Assembly (NCBI GenBank): GCA_951406725.2
Contig: OX597816.1
Location: 21,886,001-21,950,000 of the forward strand
Reading direction: 5' to 3'
Origin: Octopus vulgaris
Taxonomy: Eukaryota
DNA: 64,000 nt
Position 1 is the stretch's first letter, and every line of letters starts with the position of its first letter. A program made the translations under genes and the position numbers. The notes beneath the pieces were generated by a model that did not search any database, was not told the DNA's origin, and was given only the letters and a program-made list of their open reading frames with translations. Below are positions 1 through 13,723 of the stretch, piece after piece.

Positions 1-42
<42 letters not shown>

Positions 43-61
43 TATACATATATATATATAT
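1..61. repeat. (TA)n microsatellite
   Basis: Near-pure TA dinucleotide run. Confidence 0.95.
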
Positions 62-253
62 AAACTATATGTATTTAGATGTATAATCATCGGGAAAAAG
101 TCAATCATGATATGATTACAGTCATAAAATAACTGAGAAATGGTTCTTTTAGCAATCAAATTCTATAGTCTAGTTATTTGACAGTACCCTGTTATCCTCA
201 CCCCGGAATCATTAAATAGTTTGTCTTTCTCTGTGCTTGAGTGTGTGTAAAAT

Positions 254-255
254 TA

Positions 256-342
<87 letters not shown>

Positions 343-357
343 ATATATATATATATT

Positions 358-437
<80 letters not shown>

Positions 438-488
438 TACATACATACTTACATACATATACATACATGCGAATATATAATATATGTA
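254..488. repeat. (TA)n microsatellite
   Basis: Long TA run; source of the YIYIYI ORFs. Confidence 0.95.
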
Positions 489-1113
489 TAGATTTTAATT
501 TCTAAATACGACATCCAACTTCTAAAATACGTCTGTCCATGTGGAGACTGATGTTCCATCATGAACTGTGCAACGTGTACGTACGACTGGAAACACACAA
601 GCAAATATACAGTTTTCGAATACAGAACACGTATTAACATAACCTTGAAGAGAATTGGCCAAAGTGAGAGTCGAAGCAAACTGACAAAACTGAACATATT
701 TCATATTATGATTCACGTATTTTTGGGTCATATGAGCTCTTTTAATATGCAATCTGCATTACACCGTATCATACAATGGCACAAAATCAAACAAGCTACC
801 GAACAGTATATCACACAGCAGCCAATAATTAACAGTAAGATTATGCACTTCTTTATTCTCAGAGTAATATTTTATAACGACAGAGAACACGGCAAAGATT
901 AACAGTAATACAGCTACAGCTCAGAAAATTGAGACTACTTCATTAGTTACAGACAACATTGCCTTCATCATTAAAAAGTGAGGCATAATATGCGGTACAT
1001 TCCAACCCACAACAGGAATATAAAAATATGTAGGAAATAACGAAAAGCGTAAAATTCTGGAGATGAAAGAGTTTGGCTATATAATACGAATAATATAAAG
1101 GTGAAATTTTGGA

Positions 1114-1675
1114 ATTTAGCTTGCATCTGGCCCCGTTTCTGTTATGCGGTACCAGAGGTCATAGAGGTTACGTAACATTAATGTCTATCGCTCCTGTAAC
1201 CGGATATATTTTGAATTATCCGGCTTGTCTATAACTCCAGGTGCTTTAACACCAGAAGAATTAGCGGAAATATATTCTCTTACACTTACAATCGCAGCCT
1301 GCCCATGAAGTCACAAAAAATAACATACCTTGTATATGTATGCTCAATATTGTGTATATCCATCGGGCTGCTTATCATTCATATCTAATTTTTTCCCCGG
1401 CATGAAACGTTTGGACATATCAGCAGATGGGTTTACACATCGGTTTTGCATATAGTTATAGAAGGCTATTTAGCCTGTATCTGGCTTTTTTCCGGGTAGG
1501 CGGGATAGACAAGTCACAAAGATGACGAATCATTAATGTCTGTCTCTCTTATAACGGGATCTGATGTGAGTTATCTGTTTTGTCCATGAATTCCAGGTGT
1601 TATAACACCTGGTAAATTCAATACACCTACAGTCGCAGCTTGCCCACAAACTGATAAAAGACAACTTGTGTATTT
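1114..1675 (-). mobile_element. Two diverged tandem fragments of a degenerate LINE reverse-transcriptase region
   Basis: 1114-1340 and 1468-1675 align at a ~354 bp offset. Minus-strand reading across a frameshift gives GQAATVGVLNLPGVIT / SWTKQITHIRSRYKRD, resembling the 'KFLGV..D..L.W..HI..I' segment after RT domain 7. Stops present. Confidence 0.4.
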
Positions 1676-2581
1676 GTGTTCGTTATTATACACAGACATA
1701 CACACAGAGACATACACACAGAGACATACACACACACACAAATGGACACACGGAAAATATTCCAAAGAAAGATTCTGCACTAAGGGAAATTGTCACACAA
1801 GGAAATATCGTATGCCAAAAAATCCCCAATAAACTGATAAAAAATTACTCATTTTGGGTGTATATAATCTAATTTTTTTTATAAATCATTATACAAGAAC
1901 AATTCCTATACTAACAGATTCTGAATTAGAGACGAAGTCAGCGATTTTAGAGGATCAGACGAGTCGGCATCATTGCCTTCATTGGTACTTTATGCTATCA
2001 AGTGCTAATTGAAGCAATGCAAATTTCATAGAGGTGGTGATTGAACTAAAGAACATAAAGAGCCAGAACGAATGACGAAATGCATTTTTCTGACATTCTA
2101 AAGTTGTGCCAGCCCCACCGCAATTACAGACGTCTATAATAATATCAGCTAATTAAAATGTAGGAGTGGATGTCATTCCGGCCAAAAGCTGATTTCAACG
2201 GACATTTTTAGGTTTTGTTCATCCTGATCACGAACCATATCCATCTCCGGTGGCTAAATTTCGATGTAATCAAGAATTGGTGTTGATTATGAATATCAAT
2301 GAAATCTTAGGGAAAAATAACCCACAAGGAATCTTCTACATACTAAATACACATTCGATAGAAATACTTTGACGAATTGCTCCTGGCCATTGAATTTGGA
2401 AAATCCAAATACACTTTTAAGTAAACCAAGGCTATACTGCAATAAATATAAGAACCATCAAGAACAAAGTAGCGGCAACTGGGAAAGCATTCAAATAGCG
2501 CAGGTTGTAAAGAGGTTAAAGGTGGGAATCAGTAGAGTGATGCTTGAGTACATGCTTGATTTCGATTAACATAGATTGGGT

Positions 2582-2990
2582 TGTGAGCTAGCAGAAACGT
2601 TAGCACGCCGGGCGAAATGTTTTGCGGTATTTCGTCTGCCGTTACGTTCTGAGTTCAAATTCCTCCGAGCTCGACTTTGCCTTTCATCCTTTTGGGGTCG
2701 AGAAATTAAGTACGACCTACGCACTGGGGTCGATATAATCGACTTAATCCGTCTGTCTGCCCTTGTGTGTCTCTTCTGTGTTTAGCCCCTTGTGGGTAGT
2801 AACGAAATAGGTATTTCGTCTGCTGTTACGTTCTGAGTTCAAATCCCGCTGAGGTCGACTTTGCAATTCATCCTTTCGGGGTCGATAAATTTAGTACCAG
2901 TTGCGCACTGGGGTCGATGTAATCGACTTAAATCCCTTGTCTGTCCTTGCCTGTCCCCTCTGTTTAGTCCCTAGTGAGCAATAAAGAAAT
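2582..2990 (+). mobile_element. SINE family A, dimeric copy
   Basis: Head gagctagcagaaacgttagc, B-box gagttcaaattcc, core gtcgactttgcctttcatcctt, tail aataaagaaat. 13-bp TSD acatagattgggt at 2569-2581 and 2993-3005. Confidence 0.9.
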
Positions 2991-3353
2991 GGACATAGAT
3001 TGGGTCACAGGATACAGGTCTTTAAGCAGAAAAAATTCGAGTATTCCTGCCCTTATTACATTGTAATCAATAATTACAAATGTCACTAAATGCTAGACTG
3101 AAACCTGAAATATAAAACCGCGTGTGATAACCGCATTAATATCTGCTAATAAAAATTTCTTGATGTTGAACGCCATGCTGATAAAGTTTGCTACGAAGAG
3201 ATTAATTCGTATCAGCATTTCCTTCGTTTCTTTTAGAACTTGTAACAGTTGTAACAATTTATAATGAATTCCTGTATATATACAAGTGCATATGTATGTA
3301 TACACATACGCATAGAAGCACATAAACACACACATAAAGAGAAAGTTAGAGAG

Positions 3354-3399
<46 letters not shown>

Positions 3400-3404
<5 letters not shown>

Positions 3405-3779
3405 GTTATATAATTAGGGTTCAGTAAAATAATTTACTTTACCACACACTGAACTTTTAGAAATAGCAGCCAAAATATCTTAGCTATTTCTTCTACTATA
3501 AGAAAAGTCTCCCAGACAATGTATACTCAAAAATAATTCACGCAGGTATATTTTTGAGTATACATTGTCTGGGAGACTTTTCTTATAGTAGAAGAAATAG
3601 CTAAGATATTTTGGCTGCTATTTCTAAAAGTTCAGTGTGTGGTAAAGTAAATTATTTTACTAAACCCTAATTATATAACGTAATGTTTTAAATATACCGT
3701 AAATGGTCTTTTCACATACTGAACACTACTTGGTAAAATTAATTAATTAATAATTAATTTTCCCCTTTTATTATTGATA

Positions 3780-3780
<1 letters not shown>
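3400..3780. repeat. Fold-back element in (TA)n: 136-bp inverted arms, 13-nt spacer, one-sided extension
   Basis: 3400-3535 is the near-perfect reverse complement of 3549-3684; TA runs on both sides. Confidence 0.9.
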
Positions 3781-3810
<30 letters not shown>

Positions 3811-3948
3811 AAAAAAGTAAAAGAGTCAAAAGGAAGAGTAAGAACGTTTAGTCAGCTTTATAATAATCACTACAAATGTTTCGATACGTACGGATCTACG
3901 TATATACAGGATTTAAAGTTAAATTGAAATTTAAATTAAATTGAATTA

Positions 3949-4178
<230 letters not shown>

Positions 4179-4837
4179 CTTCTTCTCCTGCTCTTACTTC
4201 TGTTTTCACTTTTCTTGAATTGAATATCTCTGTCAATTTTTTTTTTACAATTCTGAAATGTATCAGGTCATTCTTTATGATTTTCTAGTTTTCATTCGAA
4301 TGTTTACTGATGAACCCATAATATATCTCACCCAATATACTTATCAACGATAATTATTAATTTAATTTATCAAATGTACAGATACGTATATATTTGTTGT
4401 TTTATGTATTTTTGAGTCTCACTGTAAATTCCCGCCCTCAACATCGCTTCACTCTTCAGGCATCATGGTAATTCTTTCACTCACAACATATATATTTCCA
4501 TGTAAATGAATATTAAAAAAATATACAGTTAAATTGTGTCGAAAATATCAATAAAAGTATAAGGAAATTTAAACAGTGAAATTAATTTCTTTAGAGTTCA
4601 GATTTCAAATTTTGTAATTATTTTTCATTGCTATTTATAATTTATCACTTGAGACTAAATATATTTTCTCTGACACAACAATTAAACATCTTAATTAAAC
4701 GATAACATCTGTGTGCGATGGTGCAGAGGTTCTATATCATTGGTTGAAGAAAATATATTTTACGAGAGAGTGAAAAACTAACACATTTTTGGAAGCACAC
4801 ATTCATATACACAATCTCCCTTTATGTAGATCACATA

Positions 4838-4887
4838 CGCACACACACACACTTACACATTCGCCCGCACACACAGACACACACACA

Positions 4888-4978
<91 letters not shown>
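4838..4978. repeat. (CA)n(TA)n microsatellite
   Basis: Visible dinucleotide runs. Confidence 0.95.
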
Positions 4979-4980
<2 letters not shown>

Positions 4981-5114
4981 CTGAACGAAAAATTCCTACT
5001 GTTTTTGAATTGGTAGCATTTAAGACATAGATATTTTCTAAAATGGGAGATATTAGCATATTTTTATACAATTACTGTAAGGGAAGTTTATTTCTACTGT
5101 TATTTGGATTAAAA

Positions 5115-5585
5115 CTCACGATAGAATGTAAAGAAAAATGCAGTACGAAGTGCAAAAAAAACGTGAGCAGTTCAGCGAAAAAGGGCAATAGCTGAGAGGA
5201 CCGTTTGTAAATCGCTTCTTCGGTTTATAAATGAAGTTGCTTTGAGTTTGAGGAGAGTGAACAATCAGCACCCAGTCGTTAAACGATGACCAAATAAAAA
5301 ACAAACGAATCGAGGACATACTACATCAAGCATAGCAGAGATAATCCACAGACCTAAGAAGGCATTCAAAGGAATCGCTTGGCTTGAGTGTTTCTTAATT
5401 TATTGGGTGGGGGTGGGGTGGGGGGTAATTTAAGGGACCGCTTTTCCATTTGCGCTTTCTTAGTCAAACGCAACAAAAGACGACACATTATTGAAAACCA
5501 TCTTCATAGATAACGGAAAATTGATCGTTTACAAGAATGTAAAGCGGAGAACGTCCTGGAGAAATGAAAATAAAGCATCTTCAAT
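5115..5585 (+). mobile_element. Degenerate mariner transposase fragment (N-terminal HTH to first catalytic region)
   Basis: Frameshifted peptides KGAIAERTVCK, NDDQIK, LVKRNK and LIVYKNVKRRTSW resemble mariner GEGAIAERT and WIVYNNVKRKRSW. Confidence 0.65.
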
Positions 5586-6630
5586 TACCCTTTGTTACGC
5601 ACTGGAGGTCGATATAATCGACTTAATCCATTTGTCTGTCCTTGTTTGTCCTCTCTGTGTTTAGCCCCTTGTGGGTAGTAAAGAAATAGGTATTATAGTT
5701 AGGTGAAGGTAAGTGAGCGATTTTTATCCTTTTTATCGGTAGGTCTTCAGGAAATAACACGTGGTTGCCTAGTTACCTGAGCATAATATCTTTCCATGTA
5801 CCCATATCACTACAATCAAATATCCAGTGTACAGCTTTCCTCTCTACGTTGAGTTGTCCCGACTCTAATTGTCTTTTTACTATTAGATGTCTTTCGAATA
5901 ACTAAACACTGGACTACAAACATTCATAAAACTACTGAATTTATAGCGAGGCCGCTTATAAATTAGTTTGTGCGGAGGCGTAATTGCATCTCTTGCTCAG
6001 TATTCTGTAATTCAGTATTCTTTAGTTGATAGTTCTCTCTTCCTACTCCATTCAAAATATTTGTTATAAAGCTAGAGTTGATATTTCTACAATAAGGTGG
6101 TCTGAAAGAAAAGAGAAACAAAAGGTTAAATACGCAACGAAGATCAGCAACAACTGTATTAAAATAAAGACGAGAAATGGGAAAAAGAAGTAGATGATGA
6201 TGAGGATGAGGATGATGAACAAGAACAACAACAATAACAACAACTAACTAGAATAGCAACAACGACTACAATAATAAAGAAAGGAAACGTTAATTTCAAA
6301 GTTGTTTACACTACTTTTAGAGCAGAAATTGTGATAAAGAAGCCAAGAGTAATATGTGTTCATACAGTTCTGTGTCATATACTTTAATGAAGGAACAGGA
6401 AGAAAAAAACAAGACACAAAATAAGGTTAATTAACTAATAGCTACAACTAAAACACCAGCAACAGATACGACAAATACGCCTTCTTCTACACATCAGCAA
6501 AGCACACACATGCTTGTATTTATAAAAATATACAGCACATATATAAACATACAAATGGACGTGAATCAAGGCTTTTGTTCCTTTCTATTATTTAATTAGT
6601 GACAAATTTCTCAATTTCCCCCACCAAAAA

Positions 6631-6953
<323 letters not shown>

Positions 6954-7588
6954 GATAAAAATAAATAAATAATAGAATGGTTATTGCTAACGAACCATTA
7001 AACACTTGTCCATATGAATCAATGGCGATGACAATCAGAATGCGAAAATGACGAAGACAAAGTATGAAAATATATTTCAAAAAAATATATTGAAATTTTT
7101 AAGTAGGGAACAATAGAGAGATCAAAATCAGTAGAAAATATACGGAATACAATAATGGTTTAAAAAAAAATACAATGTGACAAGAAATGTAAAGCTTTAC
7201 ACTTCAATTATTGTCAAATGTTCTTTGTATTCTGAATGTTTTAATTCTTTTTTAGATTTAAGGTTTCATACAATAATTAACTCACATTTAAATATATATT
7301 ATTGTTCGTGTTCTTGTTCTTGCTATTGTTATTTTTGTCATCGTTTACTATTGTTGCTGATGCTGCTGTTGATGTCAACGCCATGGCCATTGGGTGAGTG
7401 CTATATATGACGATAATTTGAAAGCATAGAGGAATTATTCCCAAGGAACTATTTTATGCATGGCAATTTTTCCACTGACCGGAGAATAACGAGCAAAACA
7501 CAACACTATAAAGTGCATAAAATACAATTTAATTATTATTACATATATACAAAACATATAAATGTATATTATATATTATTACATATAT

Positions 7589-7899
7589 CACCGTGATCAC
7601 CTTTACCGACCAGGCTATCAGATGTTGTTACACATCGCTGGTCACAATGCGTTTCGCATTGTTTTAGCCTTCAAATGTCGCCACCCCGCTGGCTAAGCGA
7701 GTAGGCCAACAGAAGAAAGAGTGAGAGAAAGTTGGGGCGAAAGTGTACAGCAGGGATCACCACCACCTCCTACCGGAGCCTCGTGGAGAATTAGGTGTTT
7801 TCGCTCAATAAACACTCACAACGCCCGGTCTGGGAATCGAAACCGTGATCCTACGACCGCAAATCCGCTGCCCTAACCACTGGGCCATTGCGCCTCCAC
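7589..7899 (-). mobile_element. SINE family B (tRNA-derived head), tail type 2
   Basis: Minus-strand head gtggaggcgcaatggcccagtggttagggcagcgga, then ggtttcgattccc (A and B boxes); flanking repeat attattacatatat. Confidence 0.9.
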
Positions 7900-8626
7900 A
7901 TTATTATTACATATATATACAAAACATAAATGCATACGCATACTGACTGAAATAGCCGTCGAAGAATTTGGACCTGGAGATCTCCGTTTCCAGCGACTTC
8001 GAGGGCCACCTCCCAGTGGTGTCGGGCATCAACGAAGAGCCCTCGACTACAACAAGACAACCAAAGTTTTTTTTTTCTAAGGTCTGGGGTCTCCCGCCCC
8101 TAAGCCCTAGACCATCACCTAATCACCCTACCCGTCTTGTTGCTTAACAACAACAATAACAAACGACTGAGATAGTCAACAAAGAAGAAATACAATTCAT
8201 AAAGTTATTCCTTCTGTGCTACTCGTAACCAAATGATTCACGCCCTGAACACTGGTCTGAGGTCCACTGAGGTCCACTGATTATGGAAACCAAAACTGAA
8301 TTTTGCTATCTAAACTGCGAAATCGTATATAAGGTCATTCCGCTGTCTACGAAGAGAGTTATGTGCACCACTTGTTCGGCATTTCATCCGACCTTTTGCT
8401 ATTGTCGCTACATCTCTTATGGCTATTGTTTCTAGAATTCCCGTGTGGAGAAGACTGCAAAAAGAATTGTGTTAGTCGAACTATGTCATGCCCAAACTCA
8501 TGTTTATCAATATACAGTCTTGGGATAATTTTGTTAAATAATAATTAATCACCGAAAACAATATCTATAGAAGAAGGCGTATTTGTCGTATCTGTTGTTG
8601 GTGTTTTAGTTGTAGCTATTAGTTGA

Positions 8627-8770
8627 GAGTTCAACATCTACCGAGGTCGACTTTGCCTTTCATCCTTTCTGGGGTAGATTTTCTAAGTTTCTGCTGAGCA
8701 CTGGGAGCGATCTAATCGACTTAGCTCCTACCCTTAAATTACTGGCCTTGTGCCAAAATTTAAAACCATT
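8627..8770 (+). mobile_element. SINE family A 3' part (5' part probably at ~8360-8394)
   Basis: gagttcaac..ccgaggtcgactttgcctttcatcc, tail ggccttgtgccaaaattt. Confidence 0.75.
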
Positions 8771-8863
8771 GTGTACCCTGGTTGATTCAGCCGATCATAT
8801 TATTTTATTTCTCTCTTTCTTGCTCTGTCTTTTCTTTCTCTCTCTCATTCCCCCTCGCTCGCC

Positions 8864-8865
<2 letters not shown>

Positions 8866-8962
<97 letters not shown>

Positions 8963-8973
8963 GTAACAATAAT
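8866..8973. repeat. (AAC)n(AAT)n microsatellite
   Basis: Visible runs. Confidence 0.95.
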
Positions 8974-10254
8974 ATAAAAGCCGTTTATCACAATTTGTGT
9001 TTGAAAACATTTGTTTTGAGGTAGGATATATTTCCATTAGCCGTAACGTTTTAGCATTTCGTTGTTTATATTATATTAGTCAATTATCACCATTTCTTGA
9101 TATTCAATGTAATTCAATAACTTTATCATGAGTGGTGTAGAGTTTGATGGAATATTACTGAGAGAATGGTATTCACAAGATGAATGAATAAAATTCGGTA
9201 ATGACTACAACTTAAAATGCTTGCATACCAGTGCTCTACTCTCACCGATGGATAAATATCTAAAAAATAAATTTTTAAAGGAAAACAAATAAAGAACAGA
9301 AGGAATGCAGCAATAATTGATATTGTTTTCGGTGATTAATTATTATTTAACAAAATTATCCCAAGACTGTACATTGAGAATCATGAGTTTGGGCATGGCA
9401 TAGTTCGACTAACACAATTCTTTTTGCAGTCTTCTCCACACGGGAATTCTAGAAACAATAGCCTTAAGAGATGTAGCGACAATAGCAAAGAGATAAATTA
9501 AACCACTAATAACAATAAGCTGTACAAATTAGTCAAATTCAATTCAAATTAAACAAAGAATTACGAGAATTAATCCAATCTCTATTGGGAATGGCACATT
9601 CGAAGGAAGTCTTCCTTCTATGTCCTTTGTCTTGCGTTTACATCTTTACCATGTTAAGCACAAATGTGCACGGAAAGCAACCGTATTGTATAGGTTACCA
9701 ACTTGTACAATTCATATAATAAATCAACGAAAAATATTGGTGTAGACATTGAATGAACTGATTGTGCAAAATGTGCAAAGTCAACTTTCAAAGAAGAACA
9801 CTAATTAATATAGAATACAGCATTAAAAGAGTTAGGTGAACCAATACAAAGAGAATGAGAACAGCAGCCATGAATATCATAAACGCTTCTAACTTCATTC
9901 ACAGAAAAGTGTTCCGATACAGGACAGGCGTATCGTTATATAAAAACAAAATATGATACCATGAAGTAAGCAAGCGTACACTTAAACGTAAAGTTATACA
10001 CAAGAATGTTTGTAGTGGTAACTATTTATAATTTAAAGCTATAATTGTCTGAAATGAAGCCAGTGTATTAATATGCGTAGAGAGAACAGGGAGATAAGTT
10101 GTGACTGCATTTAGATATAAAATTTAACTATTGTCAGTTTTCGAATCCATAAGGAACAGACGCACACACAAACTTTGTTTCATTATATTATATTATATTA
10201 TATTATATTATATTATATTATATTATATTATATTATATATATATATATATATAT

Positions 10255-10468
10255 AGTTAATCCAAACATGAAAACACAACGAGAAAACACAACAACGCGA
10301 GGACGTGGAACAAGTATAGTATTATTGAATGCTCAGGAAAGAAGGAAAGAAGGAGGATTTAACGTTTTGAGCGGAGCTCTTCGTCAGAAATATAGGAAAA
10401 GGAAAGATCCAAAGAAGGGCAGACGTAGGAGAAAAATCGCCAACAGTACACACGCGGTCACATTTTGA

Positions 10469-10470
<2 letters not shown>
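10255..10470 (-). mobile_element. Penelope-like terminal fragment in (TA)n with a degenerate minimal hammerhead motif
   Basis: Minus 10391-10357 reads ATTT CTGACGA AGAGC tcc GCTC aAAAC GTT AAAT (GAAA mutated to AAAA); TA runs on both sides. Confidence 0.6.
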
Positions 10471-10522
<52 letters not shown>

Positions 10523-11224
10523 AGACTGGAAAGAGGTAATAGATGGCATTTTCTCAGGTAATCTACTCTTAACCGAATACTAGTATTTGGAAATGGAAAG
10601 AAAAATGGTGATATAAAATAGCAGATAATAAACGAAGTGCGATATTCTTCCATATGTCACTTGACTCAGCTGGAGATCAGGCATATAAAGGAAAAGATAT
10701 TGCTTAGATCAATCGGCAACATTTCTGGTGCTACCACGATGAAGTATCATTCCTGCCAGAAAGTAATATATCTGTACATAAATCCGAGGAATTTACCAAC
10801 AAGAGACATCTGCCAAAAAAGGGTCAGTTTTGGGGCATTGACATAAGTGAAGAAAGCCTAACAGAATAAGTTTCTTATAAATTCTGGACAAAATACATTC
10901 AAGAAAGCAAAACCGAATCTACGGGAGTTATTGGAACGAATAATATACGGAGGAAAACTACAAGTTACGGCAGATGTTCTAAGCAGATTAACCGACACCA
11001 CAATGGAAAAGAGAGAACAAAAAGTAAACCTCACATGTAACAACAGTAGAGAGGTTTCCAAATAGTCATGTGATTTAGACAGGAAACACAAATGAAACCA
11101 TTATAATTAGAAAAGCAACAACATCGACAACGACCACTACCACAGAAATGACAACCTCAACAACAACAACAACAACGACTAAGATAATAATAATAATAAA
11201 ATAATAATAATTATTATTATTTCA

Positions 11225-11425
11225 AATTTTTGCCGTACGAGCAGCTTGGGGGTGGTGAGTCGATTACATTGACCCCAGTGTTCAGCTGGTACTTATTTTA
11301 TCAACCCCGAAAGAATCAAAGGCAAAGTCAACTTCGGCGGAATTTGAACTCAGAAAGTGAAGACAGACGAAAAACCGCTAAGCATTTCGCTTGGCGTGCC
11401 ACCGACTCTTCCAGCTCGCTTCCTT
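11225..11425 (-). mobile_element. SINE family A copy
   Basis: Reverse complement of the family A head and core. Confidence 0.85.
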
Positions 11426-11430
11426 AATAA

Positions 11431-11473
<43 letters not shown>

Positions 11474-11514
11474 AATATTAATAACTACAACAACAACAAC
11501 AACAACAATAATAA

Positions 11515-11647
11515 AATGTCCTGATGCAGTACAAGGCAGTGGCTCTCGTGGCTTCTGACCTTAACTGATTGGAAGTGTTATCATGTGCTTTGTTTTGTCT
11601 TGATATAAAAGATGGGCTACAGCAAATATTCTGCTCAATACCACAGA
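11515..11647 (+). mobile_element. 5' fragment of the (TAA)n-associated non-coding element seen at 29984-30526
   Basis: Shares ggcagtggctctc..ggcttctga..ttaactgattggaag..gatgggctacagcaaatattctgctcaataccacaga. Confidence 0.85.
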
Positions 11648-11649
11648 AA

Positions 11650-12290
11650 TGCTATGTCCCTCAGGACTGTTTCAAGAAAAGAGTGCATTGGGATGTTGGC
11701 CGAGTGTATGACATCAAAACAATACAAAAATAGAGAACACGAACTAGAAGCTGTGATAGAATATGAGAATTTCAAGACCTTGTAATCACATATGGTTGTA
11801 ATATAAACCAGGAATGTCGGAAGTAAAGATCGCTGTCATTGGCTGACGAACGAGAATTTGAAACGTGGGACAGAAACGCTAATTATAGCTGCTTAGGGAG
11901 AAACCCTTAGAACAAATTGGATAAAGGCAGCTCATAATATTGAGGGGAGAATGTGGGACATGATTATAGAGAATAAAATAAACAAACGGTGTAAGATCGT
12001 AGATTTTACAATCCTTTATGAAAAATAGAGACGCTACCAAAGATATTGTAAACGTTGAGAAGTATTAGCATCTATCCAGAGAGCTAAATGAACTGTGGAA
12101 AACCAAGGCAACAATTGGTGCACTTGGGACAACACTCAGAATGCAACCTGAAACTGGTAGACTCACTGCCGATCATAAGGAAGAATCTATCCCATGTTTT
12201 GCAAGGGTCCTCTTGAGATTTGAGAAGTGCTGTCGCTAAACCTCAAAGTAGAATATCTAATAACTATATTGGCATGTAGTGGTGAAATAA
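11650..12290 (+). mobile_element. Old R4/Dong-clade LINE remnant
   Basis: Broken peptides WLTNENLKRGTETLIIAA, CKIVDFTI, VEKY*HLSRELNELW and IGALGT match the REL region of the 27006 ORF. Confidence 0.7.
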
Positions 12291-12327
12291 TAATAATTAT
12301 GATGACATATTATGTATTAATGAATAT

Positions 12328-12537
12328 TTCTACTGGAAGCACAAGGCATCAAATTTGGAGGGAGGGATTAAATCGATTACATTGACTCCAGTGCGCAACT
12401 GGTACTTAATTTATCGACCCTGAAAGGATGAAAGGCAAAGTCGACCTCGAAGGAATGTGAACTGAGAACGTAGCGACGGGCGAAATACCGCTAAGCATTT
12501 CGCCCGGAATGCGAACGATTCTGACAGTTCACCGCTT
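12328..12537 (-). mobile_element. SINE family A copy, alternative tail B
   Basis: Core atcgaccctgaaaggatgaaaggcaaagtcgacctc. Confidence 0.85.
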
Positions 12538-13286
12538 TATTTTCTTTATCAATAAGGACAACCTGCAAGGATTGAATACAAAATTATTTTAGTAAATTAG
12601 CCGGGTGTTTACAATGACAGGTGAAGTGGAATAAGCAAGTTACACAAGACAAGAAGAAGGTTTACGAAATATATTTTAAAAGACTATAAATCACATAGCA
12701 ATCATAGAAAATATTTTATTTAAAATTAGAATGTCTCTTGCTTTGTCTAAACACTGTACATTTCTCATTTGGCCTCACAAGAACATTATTAGGCTGCTTA
12801 GAATGGCAACATAAATGACTTGGTCTGAGTGTCAATATCATTTTTGGTAAAGAGTTCAATAATAAACGTTTTGATTCGTCTGAAGATCCACTGAATTCTC
12901 ATTAGTAAAAATATGTAATCCGTTGTGTGTTGACAGATGGATGGATTAATGGACAATTAAATGTTCAGAAATATAGACTGACCGATAGATGAAAGGATGT
13001 AGTCAAGTTGATACTGTCTGCGGTGGTTGTACCGATGTTCAAAACAGTAGCAATGATAGAAATAATGAGAAAGATAGTTGAGTGCACAAGATGGGAGAGA
13101 TTGGACAGTGATGGCAATGATAGAGATGATAGTAATGAAAACGTGATGGAAATGGCAATGATAATTTTATTAATACCATCACTAATATCAATGATATCGG
13201 CATCACGTTTGCCATTATCGCTGCCACCACCACCACTATTACCATTACCACCACTACAACAACAACAACAATAACAACAATAACTT

Positions 13287-13723
13287 GGATCTTTTCTCTT
13301 TCAACGACAGATCGAGAGATTAATTTTTTGTAACTTAACACTTTCAAGATTCGGACACTGTTATATTGTGTCATATAAAACATCCTTTACTCTTAGTGTT
13401 GTTGAGAAAAATGTATATGTTGGAAGTTATTTTGTGTTAAAGTTGTCGTATTTCGGTAATTTCAACCAATCAATGATGTGCATTCAGTTGAATAAAATTA
13501 CTGCTGTTGTTTGTCAACAACAACTTCCGGCAGTGTATATTGGTTGAAATTACCGAAATACGACAAATTTAACACGAAATAACTTTTGAAAATATAAACT
13601 TTTCTCAAGAACACTACGAGTAAAAGATGTTTTATATGACACATTCTGCCAGTGTCCGAAGTTTGAAAGCGTTTTGTTTCAAAAATTTAATTTCTCGATA
13701 TATTGTTGAAAAGGGAAAGATCC
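13287..13723. mobile_element. Hairpin MITE with ~185-bp imperfect TIRs (GGATCTTT termini)
   Basis: ggatcttttctctttcaac...gttgaaaagggaaagatcc; arms pair through tttcggtaatttcaaccaat / attggttgaaattaccgaaa. Confidence 0.85.

Larger units (their letters stand above)
8395..9489. repeat. 171-bp inverted repeat pair (8395-8565 / 9319-9489)
   Basis: Near-identical reverse complements containing ctagaattcccgtgtggagaagactgc. Confidence 0.9.

Noticed and set aside
212-491. YIYIYI, poly-I, poly-N and CVCV ORFs here and throughout the track
   Set aside because: They are translations of microsatellites, not genes.
1114-1675. Diverged tandem repeat as duplicated host exons
   Set aside because: It has stops and frameshifts and is better explained as LINE RT fragments.
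9600-10060. Possible piggyBac C-terminal remnant (YN.TK.GVD-like text)
   Set aside because: Too degenerate to support without an HMM search.
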